DNA from: an uncultured Nitrospinota bacterium
GTDB lineage: Bacteria; Tectomicrobia; Entotheonellia; J063; CAVPRW01
DNA: 64,000 nucleotides
NCBI GenBank assembly: GCA_963707985.1
Contig: CAVPRW010000042.1
Coordinates: 160,001-224,000 of the forward strand
Reading direction: 5' to 3'
Shown in pieces: positions 61,475 through 64,000 of the stretch (the stretch's first letter is position 1; every line of letters starts with the position of its first letter). Made by a program: the position numbers and the translations under genes. The notes beneath the pieces were generated by a model. The model made no database searches and had not been told where the DNA came from. It worked only from the letters and a program-made list of their open reading frames with translations.

Positions 61475-61566
61475 CCACACCTGACCTTTATGAGGTCCGC
61501 AGTTGTGAAGAGGCCAACCAGTTCAGTGAGCGGGAGCTTTGCCACTTTTGGGTGCTCGCGAAGCCG
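61475..61566 (+). repeat. 92-bp dispersed repeat, copy 2
   Basis: Near-identical to 38904-38995. Confidence 0.85.
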
Positions 61567-61749
61567 TTATTTGGGCTCGTCTGTTGACTTCGTTTCCATG
61601 AGAGCCTCGTGATAACTTGTCACGATACTAGCCATATTTCCAGGGGCCACTCTGCCCATTTGACCGATGGCGCCAGGTCCAAACGGGACTATGTTTAAAG
61701 GGCACAGGAGAGGTCATCTTGGACAACCATAGGCATCTGGAGGCATGAC

Positions 61750-62703
61750 ATGGAACAATGTTCATCCGAGACGGCCAGCGCAGTACTGGCCCTCTCCAAC
61801 GGGTTAGCGGCTGCAGTCGAGCGCGCCAGTCGCGCTGTGGTGACGGTCAATGCCCGACCGCGCCTACCTTCAAGTGGTGTTCACTGGCGCCAGGGTCTGG
61901 TGGTAACGGCTGACCATACGATCATGCGCGAGGAACAGCTTGCCGTCATCCTGCCGGACGGTCGCACAGTCCCCGCCACACTGGTCGGCCGTGATGCGAG
62001 CACGGATCTGGCTGTGCTCAGGTTCCAGGGGGTCGAGCTCCCCATCGCCGAGCTCGGCGAACCCTCCTCGTTTAGGGTTGGCCACTTGGTGCTGGCGGTC
62101 GGACGTCCCGGTGAACGCGGCCCGAGCGCAAGCATGGGGGTGATCAGCGCCGTAAGCGGCCCCTGGCACACCTCGAGCGGTGGCCAAATCGACCAGTTCG
62201 TGCGCCTGGATCTGAATCTCTATCCCGGCTTCTCGGGCGGTCCTTTGGTGGATGCCCGGGGGCACATCGTCGGCATCAATACCTCAGGCCCACGGAGTAT
62301 GGTGCTGGTCATTCCCACCTCGACGGTGAACCGTGTCGTCGACCAACTCTTGGAGAAGGGACGCATCGCACGTGCCTACCTTGGCGTCGGAATGCAGCCC
62401 GTCCGCCTGCCGGATACCATCAAGAACGCCTTGAACTTGCCCGGGAACAGTGGGGTCATCGTCGTCGCTGTCCAGCCCGACAGCCCTGCTGAGAAGGCCG
62501 GCGTGCTGATCGGCGACGTGCTGATCACCCTTGATGGCAAGCCGCTTAGCGACACGGCCGACGTGCTGGCCGTGCTGAGCCCCGAGCGTGTGGGCAGCCC
62601 GGTCAGGGCATCCATCGTGCGTGGCGGTAATCTCGCTGAATTGATGATTTCGGTGGGCGAGCGGCCCCAGAGGGAGGGTTCCCGTGGCTTGGACAGCGAA
62701 TGA
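61750..62703 (+). CDS. HtrA/DegP-like serine protease with PDZ domain
   Basis: TADH, TDLAV and PGFSGGPL triad; SPAEKAG..GDV PDZ. Confidence 0.9.
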   Translation: MEQCSSETASAVLALSNGLAAAVERASRAVVTVNARPRLPSSGVHWRQGLVVTADHTIMREEQLAVILPDGRTVPATLVGRDASTDLAVLRFQGVELPIAELGEPSSFRVGHLVLAVGRPGERGPSASMGVISAVSGPWHTSSGGQIDQFVRLDLNLYPGFSGGPLVDARGHIVGINTSGPRSMVLVIPTSTVNRVVDQLLEKGRIARAYLGVGMQPVRLPDTIKNALNLPGNSGVIVVAVQPDSPAEKAGVLIGDVLITLDGKPLSDTADVLAVLSPERVGSPVRASIVRGGNLAELMISVGERPQREGSRGLDSE

Positions 62704-63577
62704 TACAACAGAGGGATGTTCCCACTTTGCCGAGGAATTCGCCGCCGTGGCGGAGCGTCTGCGTCGTGCCACGGTCCAAGTGTACGGGCGCGGACGCGGA
62801 GGCGGGTCGGGGGTCATCTGGCGTCCGAACGGTGTGATTATCACCAACGCGCACGTCACCCGCGGCCCGCACGCCACCGTTGTGCTGGCGGATGGGCGAA
62901 CCTTGAGAGCGATGGTCACCACCAGGGTTTCCTGGCTCGATATAGCAGTGCTCACTGTGGCTGTCGCCGGCTTACCGGCGGCTCCGATTGGCGACTCCAA
63001 GGCACTCCGCGTGGGAGAGTTAGTATTCGCTATCGGCAATCCTCTTGGGGTCATCGGCGCCCTTACGACCGGCATTATCCATGCTATCACCCCGGCTAAT
63101 GCCTTGAGCAGCCGCGGCTGGATACAAGCCGACGTCCGTCTGGCGCCGGGCAACTCAGGAGGTCCCCTTGCGGATGCTCACGGCCGCGTGATCGGGATCA
63201 ATAGTATGATTGTTGGGGGATTAGCCCTGGCTGTACCGAGCCATGCGGTGGATCGCGTCCTGAACGACGGTGGGAAGCGACCCTTTCTTGGGGTCAGCAC
63301 CCAGGGCGTGCACATACCCCTTGAGGGTAAGCGTATCTTCGGCCTGTTGGTGTTGGAGGTCGTCTCGGGGAGCTCTGCTGAGGAGGCCGGCCTCTTGCTT
63401 GGTGACGTACTGATTGGCGCTGGAGGTCACATGCTCAAAGCCCCAGATGATCTCGCCAGCGCGCTCGCCAGCGTCTCGGCCGTCACCACGTTGCAGCTGA
63501 AACTCATACGTGGCGGTGTGCCTTTAACCCGCGACGTCGTCGTGCGCGCCGCAACTGACGCCGTGGAGGCGGCGTGA
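62684..63577 (+). CDS. HtrA/DegP-like serine protease with PDZ domain
   Basis: GSGV, TNAHV, DIAVL and PGNSGGPL; PDZ domain. Confidence 0.92.
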   Translation: MAWTANDTTEGCSHFAEEFAAVAERLRRATVQVYGRGRGGGSGVIWRPNGVIITNAHVTRGPHATVVLADGRTLRAMVTTRVSWLDIAVLTVAVAGLPAAPIGDSKALRVGELVFAIGNPLGVIGALTTGIIHAITPANALSSRGWIQADVRLAPGNSGGPLADAHGRVIGINSMIVGGLALAVPSHAVDRVLNDGGKRPFLGVSTQGVHIPLEGKRIFGLLVLEVVSGSSAEEAGLLLGDVLIGAGGHMLKAPDDLASALASVSAVTTLQLKLIRGGVPLTRDVVVRAATDAVEAA

Positions 63578-64000
63578 TCCGTGTTCTGATGAGTGCGACC
63601 TCGGAGATCGTGCGCGCCGGGTTGAAAGCGCTGCTCACGTCCAGCCCGGGGCTGGCGGTGGTGGGCAGCGCACCTGATGTAGTCACCCTGGCCCATCAGG
63701 CTGAGGACCAGCAACCCGATGTCATATTGGCGGAACTGGAGCCGCCTGATGACGACACCATGGCGGCCTTGTTCGCGCTGGGGATAGGCTCACCCCCTCC
63801 GGCCATAGTCGTCCTCGCGGATGACGCTTATCCTGCCTGGGCAGCCGAGGCGCTGCGTGCCGGTATACGCGCGATCTTGCCACGTCAGGCAAGCGCCAGC
63901 GAAATCATTGCGGCCGTCGAAGCGGCGGCCGCGGGCCTCGTGGTGCTACACCGCGAGGCCCTAGAATCGTTGCTGCTCATGCCCTCAACTGCTTCACGCG
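63574..64000 (+). CDS. NarL-type response regulator, atypical receiver, 3' end outside window
   Basis: MIRVL...EIVRAGLKALL, PDVILAE and EALRAG.RAILPR..S..EI.AAV; GTG overlaps the upstream stop. Confidence 0.8.
   Translation, partial: MIRVLMSATSEIVRAGLKALLTSSPGLAVVGSAPDVVTLAHQAEDQQPDVILAELEPPDDDTMAALFALGIGSPPPAIVVLADDAYPAWAAEALRAGIRAILPRQASASEIIAAVEAAAAGLVVLHREALESLLLMPSTASR

Overview
Bacterial DNA, probably from a diderm host (it has an outer-membrane barrel, a Tat substrate and RTX repeats), with many single-base frameshifts that look like long-read or MAG indels. It falls into four blocks. (1) 1-16 kb: a GC-rich thiol/sulfur island with a 4-domain rhodanese, two thiol dioxygenases, a sulfite-oxidase-family enzyme, DUF1800/DUF1501, an NHL protein and an MBL hydrolase. 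It hides three probable selenoprotein genes that the ORF track cuts short: a solute-binding protein (1 UGA), a DsrE-like protein (UxxC) and a MerB-like lyase with UGA at both catalytic Cys positions. Each of the four in-frame UGAs is followed by a SECIS-like hairpin whose G-containing loop starts after a 16-19 nt spacer. (2) 16-25 kb: nested IS701/IS4, then housekeeping genes (Nudix, HEAT, methyltransferase, acyl-CoA dehydrogenase pair). (3) 25-61.5 kb: an icfG-like partner-switching/glycogen-debranching cluster, IS110 debris, a MITE-interrupted NTF2-RTX secreted protein, and a minus-strand operon (DJ-1/PfpI, SnoaL-like, VOC and a CoxS-CoxL fusion missing all four ligands of one [2Fe-2S] cluster) downstream of a sigma-54 promoter and activator. 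(4) 61.7-64 kb: two HtrA proteases and an atypical NarL-type regulator. I saw no rRNA, tRNA or CRISPR array. All family calls come from motif recognition by eye, not database searches.
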